Below are positions 39,053 through 48,883 of a stretch of 64,000 nucleotides of DNA, one piece after another (positions within the stretch are counted from its first letter, which is position 1; every line of letters begins with the position of its first letter). A program made the translations under genes and the position numbers. The stretch covers positions 220-64,219 of the forward strand of contig MHHG01000012.1 in assembly GCA_001805965.1 (NCBI GenBank), read 5' to 3'. The stretch is from Omnitrophica WOR_2 bacterium RIFOXYA2_FULL_38_17. Lineage in GTDB: Bacteria > Omnitrophota > Gorgyraeia > Zapsychrales > Zapsychraceae. Under the pieces are notes generated by a model. It was not told the DNA's origin, did not search any database, and saw only the letters and a list, made by a program, of their open reading frames with translations.

Positions 39053-40759
39053 TTAAAGCCCCAAGATTTCTTTATAGAGATTAACTTCATTTACATTAGT
39101 GTCCTTGCATAATAAAGCCTTTTCTATATCACTTTTTGCTTTTTGCTTTTTGTCTAAAGAATAATATGTTAATGCCCTGCTTAAATACGGAGAATAATCA
39201 TCCTGATTAAAGTCTACTGACAAATCAAAGTAGGCCAATGCTTCTTCATATTTATGCATTCTACGATAAGCTTCTCCAACATGACAAAGCACACGATACC
39301 AATTTTGACTAAACTTATTATTGGGCAATACGGTACTTCGGCTATAAGGGTCCTGGCTAAGAAGATTCTTCATAGACTTTTCTGAATATTGAATATTCCA
39401 TAAACTAGCAGGATCCATTAAGAAAAGTGTTTCAAAACACAATAAAGAACGTTCAGAAAACCTGTTATTAGCTTGAATTGAATTAATTACAGCATGAAAG
39501 GTGATTCTTTCCCAATTCATATGGTTTTCTGCAATATCTTTAAATGTTGGCAACTTCACATTAAATGCATAGTCTTCTAACTTTTTCTTAACTGTGTTTG
39601 AATCAAAAAGCTTTGAATAAATATCATTATTCTGAAGAATTGTTTTTATAAGCGCCTTATCCATTACCGGAAAATACTCTTTCCAAACATGACAATGGTC
39701 CCTAAACTGCTCCTTGCCTGTCAAACCATTTTGAGCTGACTTAGTAAATATTTCTTCAAGATCAAGCAATCCTGCGCCTTCTTCTTTAGCTATTTTTTTA
39801 ACAATTTCATTTTTTTTAGTATTTGAAGTATCAGCGACTGCCATGAGATTCTTGGCCAAAGAGTAATTATTCTTTGCCTCAACATGATCATTATTCTTTT
39901 CATGTGCCCTACCAAGAAAATAATACCCTAACATATCTCCAGGATGATCATTAATATAACCATTAAAAACATCTATTGCTTCTGCATAATTCCCATCATC
40001 TAAATAAATCTTACCTTGAATGAACTGACTGTCTACCGGTTCCGGGACATCAACCAAACTACCACTAAAATTCAAAGGCAGAGTAGATAAGACAATTGGA
40101 ACATCATTTTTATTTGCATTAGCAACAATACTCTTTATATTCTTTTCATAATTAAGATAGATCAGTTGAAGCTGGTCAATATTCTCTTCATTTATTTTTT
40201 TATTATTAAACATAATGCTTTTCTTAAAATTGCGATAAAAGGAAAATCGTGCAAGGAACTCATTAAAATAATAAGCAGTTAAATTAATACCTTGTTGATT
40301 AAAATACTCATTATTTCCCGAAATAAGGACTACAAGATCCGGATCATATGACATCATTTCTTTTGCAATAATTTCAACCCTATAACTATCGTAACCCGGC
40401 ATTCCGGCATTAATGATCTCCAGTTTTTTGCCTGGTATTAGGTCAACAGGTAGAGTTATATGCCCCGCCCAATCATAAGTAAATGAACCTCCAATGAAAA
40501 TGATCCTTATTGTATCGTCAGGCTTTTTAACAGAAAACTCTTCATAATCCGAGAAATATTGCCTTTGTGATGAATATACAAAATCCCCACCTTTAAACTT
40601 CTTTTTGTAAAGCTTCTTATAAATATCTCCATATGCATACTTAAAAGAAACATCGTCTCCACCCATGGGAAGCACAAAAGAAGATCGTTTTCCTGATAAA
40701 AAATCAATTGATAGCAGGATAAAGATCGCTGTTAAGATAAATATTATTTGTTTTTTCAT
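39053..40759 (-). CDS. Exported SGNH-hydrolase-fold protein with TPR repeats
   Basis: N-terminal hydrophobic segment, IGGSF, INAGMPGYDS, GNNEY, DHCH, TPR-like helices. Confidence 0.75.
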   Translation of the reverse strand: MKKQIIFILTAIFILLSIDFLSGKRSSFVLPMGGDDVSFKYAYGDIYKKLYKKKFKGGDFVYSSQRQYFSDYEEFSVKKPDDTIRIIFIGGSFTYDWAGHITLPVDLIPGKKLEIINAGMPGYDSYRVEIIAKEMMSYDPDLVVLISGNNEYFNQQGINLTAYYFNEFLARFSFYRNFKKSIMFNNKKINEENIDQLQLIYLNYEKNIKSIVANANKNDVPIVLSTLPLNFSGSLVDVPEPVDSQFIQGKIYLDDGNYAEAIDVFNGYINDHPGDMLGYYFLGRAHEKNNDHVEAKNNYSLAKNLMAVADTSNTKKNEIVKKIAKEEGAGLLDLEEIFTKSAQNGLTGKEQFRDHCHVWKEYFPVMDKALIKTILQNNDIYSKLFDSNTVKKKLEDYAFNVKLPTFKDIAENHMNWERITFHAVINSIQANNRFSERSLLCFETLFLMDPASLWNIQYSEKSMKNLLSQDPYSRSTVLPNNKFSQNWYRVLCHVGEAYRRMHKYEEALAYFDLSVDFNQDDYSPYLSRALTYYSLDKKQKAKSDIEKALLCKDTNVNEVNLYKEILGL

Positions 40760-40786
40760 TTAAAATTATATTATGAGCAGGTTGTT

Positions 40787-42508
40787 TCAATTAGCAAGAT
40801 TGATTGTTTTAAGTATAATATCTTTGTAATATTGGACTTCTGATAAGTTTTCATTCGCATTTTCTTTAGCTTTTTCAATATTCTTTAAAACTTCATTATG
40901 ATTACCTTGGGAACAATTAAGCAAGGCCTTTCCTAAATACGGCAGATAGCTATCTTTATCCAGTTCAATTGCTTTATCATAATACACATCGGCTTCTTTA
41001 TATAAGTTCATTCTTCGATATGTTTCAGCTATATGATTAATCACTTTCGGCCATTTGCTGTCGAATGAATTTTTAAAAATTATATTATTAACATATTTGT
41101 TTTCAAGCAAATCCCTTTCAATAGAATCTTTTGAGAATTGAATATTCCACAAATATTCCGGATTCATTAAATAAAGAGTCTTAAAGTTATAAAGCGCCCT
41201 TTCAGAATAACCACTAACGGCTTCAATAGCATTAAATGCAGCTTGTTCAATCCTATTACTTATATAATCTTCATTTTTTCCCAATTCCTTTAATGAAGGT
41301 GCCTGAAACGGTTCATTCGAATACGGGATCATTTTATCATTCTTATCCGAACCAAATATTCTTAAATAATCTGAAGTATTGTTCGTAAACTCTTTGATTA
41401 GTGCCTTATCAAACAATTGATAATACTCATCCCAGATGTGACAATGGTCATTAAACTGCTCTCGTCCTGTTATGTCATTTTTAGCTGTTCTCATAACTAT
41501 TGACTCCAAATCAATAAATCCAGTGTCTTCTTCTCTGCTTATTTTACGAATTACTTTATTTCTGCTTGGAGTAACATAATCATCATCGGAAAACTCAACC
41601 GACTTTAAATAGTTCTCTTTGGCTTCTTTATAATCTTTAAGTTCTTCATAAACCTGACCCAAATAATAATACCCATAAATATTTTCAGGATTTCTGCTAT
41701 TAAAATATCTTAGATATTTTATAGCATCAGAATATTTCTTGTTTTCAAACGATAGCTTACCCAGCAAAAAATAATTATCAGATGGTAGCATTAGTGACGA
41801 CATACCATGCAAATTCATTGGCAGTGTACAAAGAATCAAAGGGACTCTTTTACTCCTTGCGCTTCGCACAATAGAACGTAGATTCTTCTCAAAGTAATCA
41901 AGCGTCTTTTCCCTGTCCTTATGATATTTATTTGCATATCTTGATATCAAATGATTAATACTGTTTTTTAAATAATAATAAAGATGATACCTTAGAAAAT
42001 ATTTATTCAGTTTATAAGCAGTTAAATTGAAACCTTGCTGATTGTAATATTCATTATTCCCAGTTAAAACCACAATTGCATCAGGCTCATAGGACAAAAG
42101 CTCTTGCGCAATTAACTTAACTCTATAACTATCATATCCTGGCATTCCTACATTTATAATTTCAAGCTTTTTCCCGATAACAATGTCCTCATCTATTGAT
42201 ATTGCATCTTCCCAACCATGAGCTACTGAACCACCAATAATGAATATTCTTATTACATTTGGGTCTTTTTTAACTGTAAATTCTTGATATTGCTCATAAT
42301 ATTGTCTTTGAGAAACATACATTTCTTTCTCGCCGTTTAAAACTTTTTTGTACAAATTTTTATAGATATCTTCATATTCATATTTAAATGAAGGTTGTTC
42401 TTCTTTAATAACTTGAGCAGGACCATATTTTATTTGCTTAAAGGATTCAATAGCTATCAGTGGAAATAAAAATAAAATCAGCAGGAATAATATAAATATA
42501 TATTTCAT
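40787..42508 (-). CDS. Exported SGNH-hydrolase-fold protein with TPR repeats (paralog)
   Basis: IIGGSV, INVGMPGYDS, GNNEY, DHCH, TPR-like helices. Confidence 0.75.
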   Translation of the reverse strand: MKYIFILFLLILFLFPLIAIESFKQIKYGPAQVIKEEQPSFKYEYEDIYKNLYKKVLNGEKEMYVSQRQYYEQYQEFTVKKDPNVIRIFIIGGSVAHGWEDAISIDEDIVIGKKLEIINVGMPGYDSYRVKLIAQELLSYEPDAIVVLTGNNEYYNQQGFNLTAYKLNKYFLRYHLYYYLKNSINHLISRYANKYHKDREKTLDYFEKNLRSIVRSARSKRVPLILCTLPMNLHGMSSLMLPSDNYFLLGKLSFENKKYSDAIKYLRYFNSRNPENIYGYYYLGQVYEELKDYKEAKENYLKSVEFSDDDYVTPSRNKVIRKISREEDTGFIDLESIVMRTAKNDITGREQFNDHCHIWDEYYQLFDKALIKEFTNNTSDYLRIFGSDKNDKMIPYSNEPFQAPSLKELGKNEDYISNRIEQAAFNAIEAVSGYSERALYNFKTLYLMNPEYLWNIQFSKDSIERDLLENKYVNNIIFKNSFDSKWPKVINHIAETYRRMNLYKEADVYYDKAIELDKDSYLPYLGKALLNCSQGNHNEVLKNIEKAKENANENLSEVQYYKDIILKTINLAN

Positions 42509-42527
42509 AATTATTAGCGGTCTTAAA

Positions 42528-43940
42528 CTATTTATTTACAAGATATCTTGCAACAAAACGCTGGGTTAAAATTAACCAGCTTGTAGATAATATTTTATCC
42601 AAAGCATTAACTGCCTGGTCCAGCTCTTCTTTCTTTATGATATATGGCGGCGAAAAAACAATAAGATTACGCCTTGTAAATCCCAGATAAGACAAAATAT
42701 TATGCGCATGGAACAATTCAGACAAGACTATCGCACCGGTTAATGCAAGAAGTGATGATAGCTTATCGGGAAAGAACCTTTTTATTATCGGTTCAATTTG
42801 GTTTGCTGCAGGCTCAAGCTCTACGCCCCATAAAAGGCCCCTACCGCGCACATCAAGAATTCTTTTAGGATGTTTTTCTTTGAGCTCTTTTAAACGCATT
42901 TCAAGATATGCACCCAATTCGCGCGCTCTTTCAACCAAATTTTCATCTTTTATAATATTAACCGCCTCAATTGCAGTTGCACATTCCTCACCCATTCCAC
43001 TAAATGTAGATGAATGTATCATTGAATCGCCTGATTTACCATATGCCTGCAAAAATACCGGCTTTCTTGCTGTAATCCCAGCGATAGATGCTTTTCCCCC
43101 GCCGAAAGACTTAGAATAACAAACAATATCTGGCACAATATTGTCTGCTTCAAATGCAAACCAATAACCTGTTCTGCCAAAACCGATATAGATCTCGTCC
43201 ATAATCAGAAGAACATCATATTTTGTACATAATTCACGAACTTTCTTCAGATAACCTTCAGGGGGAAATATTATTCTAGTACCATGAATTGCTTCTAAAA
43301 CAAATGCACATATATCAGGTTTATTATTTTCTATGGATTTAGAGCGAAATAATTCTTCCAAAGCATCACTATCACCATAAGGGACCTGATAGCATTTATC
43401 TAATAATTGAAAATTATGACGGTGCTCTTCCATACTTGATACCGACATTGACCCATATGATTTGCCATGAAAAGAACGATCCGTATAAGCCAATCCCAAC
43501 CTGTTTTTCCCACCATATTTCTGGGCCAATTTCAATGCCGATTCAATAGCCTCTGCGCCACTACCGCAAAAGTAGGAATACTGCAGATCGCCAGGAAGCA
43601 ATGATGCCATGTTAGCAGCTAGAGCAGCCATATATGGGGAAACAAGGGCTTTACAGACCTCCATTCTTTTATTTTCAGCAAATTTCCGCCTTACTTCAAG
43701 AATTCTTGGATGATTATGGCCTAATCCAAGAACACAGCTACCGCCTGTCATATCAAGAATTTTACGCCCATCATTAAGAGTTATATAAACACCTTCAGCA
43801 GAAACGCTACAGGGGGTATCAAATCTTAATATTTTAAGCAATTTTATCATGCCCGGATTAACATAATCTTCCATTAAGGTTATTTTTTCTTTTGATGTCA
43901 TATTTTCAACATCTGAGACTTTAAACCAAGTTCTATTCAT
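42528..43940 (-). CDS. Class III PLP aminotransferase (PatA/HpnO-like)
   Basis: LGHNHP, SGAEAIE, SFHGKS, DEIYIGFGRTG, SKSFGGG, RGRGL. Confidence 0.9.
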   Translation of the reverse strand: MNRTWFKVSDVENMTSKEKITLMEDYVNPGMIKLLKILRFDTPCSVSAEGVYITLNDGRKILDMTGGSCVLGLGHNHPRILEVRRKFAENKRMEVCKALVSPYMAALAANMASLLPGDLQYSYFCGSGAEAIESALKLAQKYGGKNRLGLAYTDRSFHGKSYGSMSVSSMEEHRHNFQLLDKCYQVPYGDSDALEELFRSKSIENNKPDICAFVLEAIHGTRIIFPPEGYLKKVRELCTKYDVLLIMDEIYIGFGRTGYWFAFEADNIVPDIVCYSKSFGGGKASIAGITARKPVFLQAYGKSGDSMIHSSTFSGMGEECATAIEAVNIIKDENLVERARELGAYLEMRLKELKEKHPKRILDVRGRGLLWGVELEPAANQIEPIIKRFFPDKLSSLLALTGAIVLSELFHAHNILSYLGFTRRNLIVFSPPYIIKKEELDQAVNALDKILSTSWLILTQRFVARYLVNK

Positions 43941-44983
43941 ACATCCCCCTTAATAGCTTTTTTAATATAGTTCAGCCATACTTCTGGATCTAAATTAAAA
44001 AATAGATTTCTATCAATATATGCAGGGATATAGCACCCCAAACATCCATTTCTTTTTAATTTTAAAATCGAATTCCTCAAGCCATCTTTATGCACATTTA
44101 ATTCCGGCCTTCCCCAAAAATTACAGCAAGGATAAACGCTTCCATCACTATCGATAAAAACAACAAAATCCCCATGAATGCACTTTGTCTTTTTTAAAAC
44201 TTGTGAATTATCGTCTGCATAAGCCATTCTCTTTTTATAGGAAAAAGGCCAACTTGCAGCAATCTCATAACTCTTTTCTGTAAATTGAATTGGATATCCC
44301 CTTTTTTTACATATTAAAATATGTTGAAAAAGAGCTCTCATATGATCATTACTTATCTCATGAGGCTTTGCATCGATTGATTTGACGCTTGAAATAAATT
44401 CGAATGAAGGCGAGAAATTAACTGATAGCTTATTATCCATTGCAAAATTACTCAGCCACTCAATATCATTAACTGTAGTTTCTTGTGTTAGAACAGAGCT
44501 GAGCCTTACTGCTAGCCCCAAAGATCGGGCCATTTTGATCCCTTCAACAACTTTATCAAATGTCCCTTCCCCGCAATTTCTTTCATGCGCTTCTTTTGGC
44601 CCGTCTAAACTTATACAAATTTTATCTAAAAGTTTGATTGTTTCAAAATTTTGGTTTATCAGGATACCATTAGTGACAAGGTCACATATCATCCCACATT
44701 TCCTGGCTTCTTCGATAATAGTTCTCAAGTCATCTCTAAGCAAGGGCTCGCCTCCTTGCAGCTGTAAGATCTTTGTGCCCATCTTCCGGAGAGTTTTGAT
44801 CATTAGAAGAATTTCTTCCGTTGAAAAATCCTTCCAATTATTTCTTTGGTCATGCTGGCCATAGCAATACCAACACTTCAGATTACACTTATTTGTAACA
44901 CATAAAATAACAATCAATGGCACTTTCTTTGATTTTATTTTTGCAAAGACCAAATTTAAAACAAATTTTAGGTATCTAAGCAT
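43937..44983 (-). CDS. Radical SAM protein with twitch/SPASM-like C-terminus
   Basis: CNLKCWYC, GGEPLLR, C..G...IDSDGSVYPCC. Confidence 0.88.
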   Translation of the reverse strand: MLRYLKFVLNLVFAKIKSKKVPLIVILCVTNKCNLKCWYCYGQHDQRNNWKDFSTEEILLMIKTLRKMGTKILQLQGGEPLLRDDLRTIIEEARKCGMICDLVTNGILINQNFETIKLLDKICISLDGPKEAHERNCGEGTFDKVVEGIKMARSLGLAVRLSSVLTQETTVNDIEWLSNFAMDNKLSVNFSPSFEFISSVKSIDAKPHEISNDHMRALFQHILICKKRGYPIQFTEKSYEIAASWPFSYKKRMAYADDNSQVLKKTKCIHGDFVVFIDSDGSVYPCCNFWGRPELNVHKDGLRNSILKLKRNGCLGCYIPAYIDRNLFFNLDPEVWLNYIKKAIKGDV

Positions 44984-45016
44984 AATTTAACGCGTTAATT
45001 ACTTTTTAAAAATCTA

Positions 45017-45709
45017 TTATTTTTTATATATATAAGATATATCTTTACACATCCTTAAAATGGAAGTTAGGCTCAGAGCTTTTGATTTTCCAGAATTTCT
45101 ACCTCTTAATGGTGCTGAAAGCTCAACTACCTCACATCCGATCCTGACTGAATGTATTATGCTTTCTGCACTAAATGCAAAACCTTTAGCAGCTAAAGAA
45201 ACCGACTTTAACACTTTAACTGGAAATACAGTTAAGCCATTGTAGTATTTAAGATCCATTCCAAAACTTTTGTTTAATATCCATGTATATAAACGAGAGA
45301 TCATTTTGCGGAATCCAGGCCTTCCGTCATGCTCTAGATGGTGAGAAGTTACGACACGATCATTCTTCAAATATGGCACACAGTCTGCCAGCTCTTTTGC
45401 ATAATTCTCATGATCTGACGGGAACCATGTAAAATATTCATATTCAGCAACAGCTAGTGCATCCCTGTAGCTAGTTCCTATGCCTTGGTTCTTAATGTGG
45501 CGAATAACTTTTATTTGCTTGTTATTTTCAGACAGTTTGGTAGCTATCCTTAAAGTAGAATCAACACTGGCATCATCAACAATAATGATCTCAAACATGG
45601 CCACGGCTTCAGTCAATACATCCATCAGGTCATTTACTGCTTCTTCAATATTTTCCTCTTCATTAAAAGCTGGGACGCAAACTGAAAGATTTATGGCTCT
45701 TTTGCTCAT
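45017..45709 (-). CDS. Glycosyltransferase family 2 (Dol-P-Man synthase-like)
   Basis: VPAFNEE, IIVDDASVD, NQGIG; DxD altered to PSD. Confidence 0.88.
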   Translation of the reverse strand: MSKRAINLSVCVPAFNEEENIEEAVNDLMDVLTEAVAMFEIIIVDDASVDSTLRIATKLSENNKQIKVIRHIKNQGIGTSYRDALAVAEYEYFTWFPSDHENYAKELADCVPYLKNDRVVTSHHLEHDGRPGFRKMISRLYTWILNKSFGMDLKYYNGLTVFPVKVLKSVSLAAKGFAFSAESIIHSVRIGCEVVELSAPLRGRNSGKSKALSLTSILRMCKDISYIYKK

Positions 45710-45725
45710 TTAAATTAATGCCTCT

Positions 45726-46790
45726 CTAAATAAAATTAGTATGGCTGTCAGGATTCTTCAATTCCCACAAGTAGCGGTTGATCTCATCCATTCGGCATGA
45801 TTTTCTGCAAACTTTAAGTCCAAATTCTTTTGATATTTTATTAACTACATTTTTTCTCTTTTCTCCAGCCCAAATCTCTTCAAACCCCTCCTGATAAATA
45901 TTCCCATAAGCATACTGCTCATTTCCTACGAACGTGTTACATGGATATATGTTTCCTGAGGCAGCAACATGTGTAATAAATGACAATCCATAGCAACGAT
46001 CATAAGTCTTTTCTTCTTTGATATTATTTATTGCATGCGCTCTTAAAATCACATCAAATCTATTTTCTGAATACTGCTTCAAATCGTTTTCCAAGATAGC
46101 CATCTCAGCAGAGCTAATATCATTTTCCATTTTATTCTCGCTTAAAGGATGTTGAGAATATGGTTTGATAGCCAAATAATCAACCCCTATATTTTTTAAA
46201 ATTTTGACAAGCGGGACTAATTCTTTAATATTATTTTGCAAAAGCAAAAATTGAACACCAATTGTGCATGCATAATTTTTATCTTTCTTTAATTTGACAG
46301 CATATTCAAGATTCTTCATGACTTTCTCAAGATCCCAAGGAACAGTTCCATGAATTTCCGAATATGCTTCTTTAGTACCTGCGTTTAAACTAACCCTTAT
46401 CCATGTTAAATTTGGCAACAGGTCGTTAGCTGCTACCTCATCGAGCAAAACTCCATTTGTAGATAGTGCTGCGTCAATTTTATTCTGCTTGGTAAATGCA
46501 ATAATTTCATTAGCTTTATCATGCAAAAGAGGCTCCCCTTCACCAGAATAAAGCACAGATTTAATTCCTTTTTTTGAAAGCTCAACCAAAAGTTTCTTTG
46601 CAATGTTTTCATCTAGAATATCAGTATTCTTATCCAAGTAATCAAAAGCACAAAAAACACATTTATGATTACACCCGCCATTAAGCCCTATCTCAACATA
46701 AACTGGATAAACATCCTCCCCATTAAGCCATTGATTAACTCTAGAAACATGATACATAAGCTTGTGACTGTCGATTTTATATTTATCCAT
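45726..46790 (-). CDS. Radical SAM/SPASM protein
   Basis: CNHKCVFC, SGEGEP, GNIYPC, GNI...IW, CRKSCR. Confidence 0.9.
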   Translation of the reverse strand: MDKYKIDSHKLMYHVSRVNQWLNGEDVYPVYVEIGLNGGCNHKCVFCAFDYLDKNTDILDENIAKKLLVELSKKGIKSVLYSGEGEPLLHDKANEIIAFTKQNKIDAALSTNGVLLDEVAANDLLPNLTWIRVSLNAGTKEAYSEIHGTVPWDLEKVMKNLEYAVKLKKDKNYACTIGVQFLLLQNNIKELVPLVKILKNIGVDYLAIKPYSQHPLSENKMENDISSAEMAILENDLKQYSENRFDVILRAHAINNIKEEKTYDRCYGLSFITHVAASGNIYPCNTFVGNEQYAYGNIYQEGFEEIWAGEKRKNVVNKISKEFGLKVCRKSCRMDEINRYLWELKNPDSHTNFI

Positions 46791-46812
46791 ATTTTTAATC
46801 CCAACAGATCAT

Positions 46813-47916
46813 TTAAATAAAATTAATATGTTCCGGAGGAATATTATCCGGCGCATCAAAAGACATTTTATTGTTCTTTAAGTCCCACAGGAACTCATTT
46901 GTCATATGCTGTAAGCATAAAGTACCACAAACCTTTCTAGCATCAAAATCTTTTGAAGCAATTAGGCCCATAACCTCCCAATAGCGGTCGCTCTTCCATA
47001 TCTCCTTAAATGATTTATCAACGATATTTCCTATATGATAATCTTTATATCTTGTGTGAAAAAGACCCCCGCAAGGTGCAACCAAACCAGAACCTGAAAG
47101 CTGCAAAATAAATGGAGGTCCGTAGCACTGGGCATACTTTCTTTTTCCCTCACTTAGCAATTTTGTCCATTTAACTTTTACTAAATAGTCTTGAGCTGAA
47201 TAAGATTCAGCTTCTTTCAGAACATCTTTCAATCCAAGATATTTTGAATAGTCAACACCCAAACTACCAAGGACATCATCACAACAATGCTTAATTACTG
47301 TATAATCGACACCCACTTCTTTACCATAAACTGCAAGAGGAACTATCATTTCAAAGAATTGAGGCATTAAAACCATCTGCAGCCCTATGGTGACTTTCAA
47401 TTTCTGTCTTTTTTTTATCTCAACACACTTCTTTATAGTATTATCAACCTTAAAGAAAGCACTCTCCTTGCAACCCATAATTTTCGAGTATGATATTGGA
47501 TCTGCCGCAGAGATATTGAACCTTAAGTAAGTTAAACAAGGTAGGACCTCTTCCAATCTTTCGTCTTTAAGCAAATATCCGTTTGTGCCTAAGGCGATGT
47601 CCAAACCATTACCCTTGCCTCTTATAATTGCATCATACAAATGTTCAGAGCATGTACTTTCCCCGTCACTGACAAAGCTAACTGCTTTAACTCCAATTTC
47701 AGCAGCATCATCAAGAAATCTAGATATAACATCCTTTGACATTAACTTCTCGTCATTTGCCTGCAATTGGCCATAACAATAAATACATCTATAAGTACAT
47801 CTTCTTGTCAATGCACAATCAACCGTAATAGGAGCGATCCTCTCTCCTCGTAACCACGCATCAACCCTGTCTTTATGCCAATTAAGCTTATGGCCATCTA
47901 ATATCAATTCGCCCAT
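46813..47916 (-). CDS. Radical SAM/SPASM protein (paralog)
   Basis: CTYRCIYC, SDGES, GLVAPC, GNI...IW, CGTLC. Confidence 0.9.
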   Translation of the reverse strand: MGELILDGHKLNWHKDRVDAWLRGERIAPITVDCALTRRCTYRCIYCYGQLQANDEKLMSKDVISRFLDDAAEIGVKAVSFVSDGESTCSEHLYDAIIRGKGNGLDIALGTNGYLLKDERLEEVLPCLTYLRFNISAADPISYSKIMGCKESAFFKVDNTIKKCVEIKKRQKLKVTIGLQMVLMPQFFEMIVPLAVYGKEVGVDYTVIKHCCDDVLGSLGVDYSKYLGLKDVLKEAESYSAQDYLVKVKWTKLLSEGKRKYAQCYGPPFILQLSGSGLVAPCGGLFHTRYKDYHIGNIVDKSFKEIWKSDRYWEVMGLIASKDFDARKVCGTLCLQHMTNEFLWDLKNNKMSFDAPDNIPPEHINFI

Positions 47917-48007
47917 AATATTCCCTATAAAGAGCCTTTCCCATAAAATTCTTCTATTTGCTTATCTATTCGCTACTTCAATTAACAAAATACAGAAAGT
48001 CTCCCTT

Positions 48008-48883
48008 TCAATTTGCTTTTACAATATCTTTTATATCAACAGAGCAATGCCCAAATTTTTGGAACCTATTTGTCTTAATTTTCAGATCGCAAGGATTACA
48101 ATCTCCATATTGATCGCAATCCCTGAAAATATCCTCAATATCAAACTCAGGCTCCAAAAGATTGCCTATATGAGGAAAACCTTTGTACAGATCATGATGG
48201 CATCTGTACACCTTACAATCAGGGCCTATTATCAACTCAGTTGTTCTACATTTGCACTTTAACCTTGTCGTACTACCAACAGATCCTTCAAATTTATACA
48301 AGCCCTTTAACTCGCCTTCATGTTGACCTAAAAAATCCTTAACACGAAAATCTATTCCAAATTGCTCACACTTTTCCTTTGTTTCCAAAACATGATCTTT
48401 TGTTAGCGGATGAAGAACACCATATCCTCCAACAGAAAAACCAGCTTTCTGCAAATAAAGTATTTTTTTAATAAAAATATCTGCGCTCATTTGGGTTGAA
48501 TGATAACTGGCTCTTATGCTTGAATAAGGCGCCTCTCTTTTTAATCTGGACGGATTAACTTCTTTTGCAAATTTTTCAACATCAAATGATAAGTTGGTTA
48601 AAATATCAATATTCAGCTGAGTCTCAATATTGTTAATTATTGAAAAGAAATCGGGATGCAAGCTGGGCTCTCCACCTTGAAGAGTAATAGGCAAGTCTCT
48701 TCGTGAAACCAGGCGATTTAAAGCATGGGTCCAATCCTGCCCTGAGATCTGAGGCCATTTATTATCTCGCTTTTCTAACCAATTAATACAATAATCACAG
48801 TTAAAATTACAGTTTAAAGTCAAAAAACAAGCTATATAATTAAATCTTCCCGGAAGATATATTTTCTTTAAGCTCATGTTCAA
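48008..48883 (-). CDS. Radical SAM protein with Cys-rich C-terminus
   Basis: CNFNCDYC, QGGEP, C...GPDCKVYRC, CDQYGDCNPCD. Confidence 0.88.
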   Translation of the reverse strand: MNMSLKKIYLPGRFNYIACFLTLNCNFNCDYCINWLEKRDNKWPQISGQDWTHALNRLVSRRDLPITLQGGEPSLHPDFFSIINNIETQLNIDILTNLSFDVEKFAKEVNPSRLKREAPYSSIRASYHSTQMSADIFIKKILYLQKAGFSVGGYGVLHPLTKDHVLETKEKCEQFGIDFRVKDFLGQHEGELKGLYKFEGSVGSTTRLKCKCRTTELIIGPDCKVYRCHHDLYKGFPHIGNLLEPEFDIEDIFRDCDQYGDCNPCDLKIKTNRFQKFGHCSVDIKDIVKAN

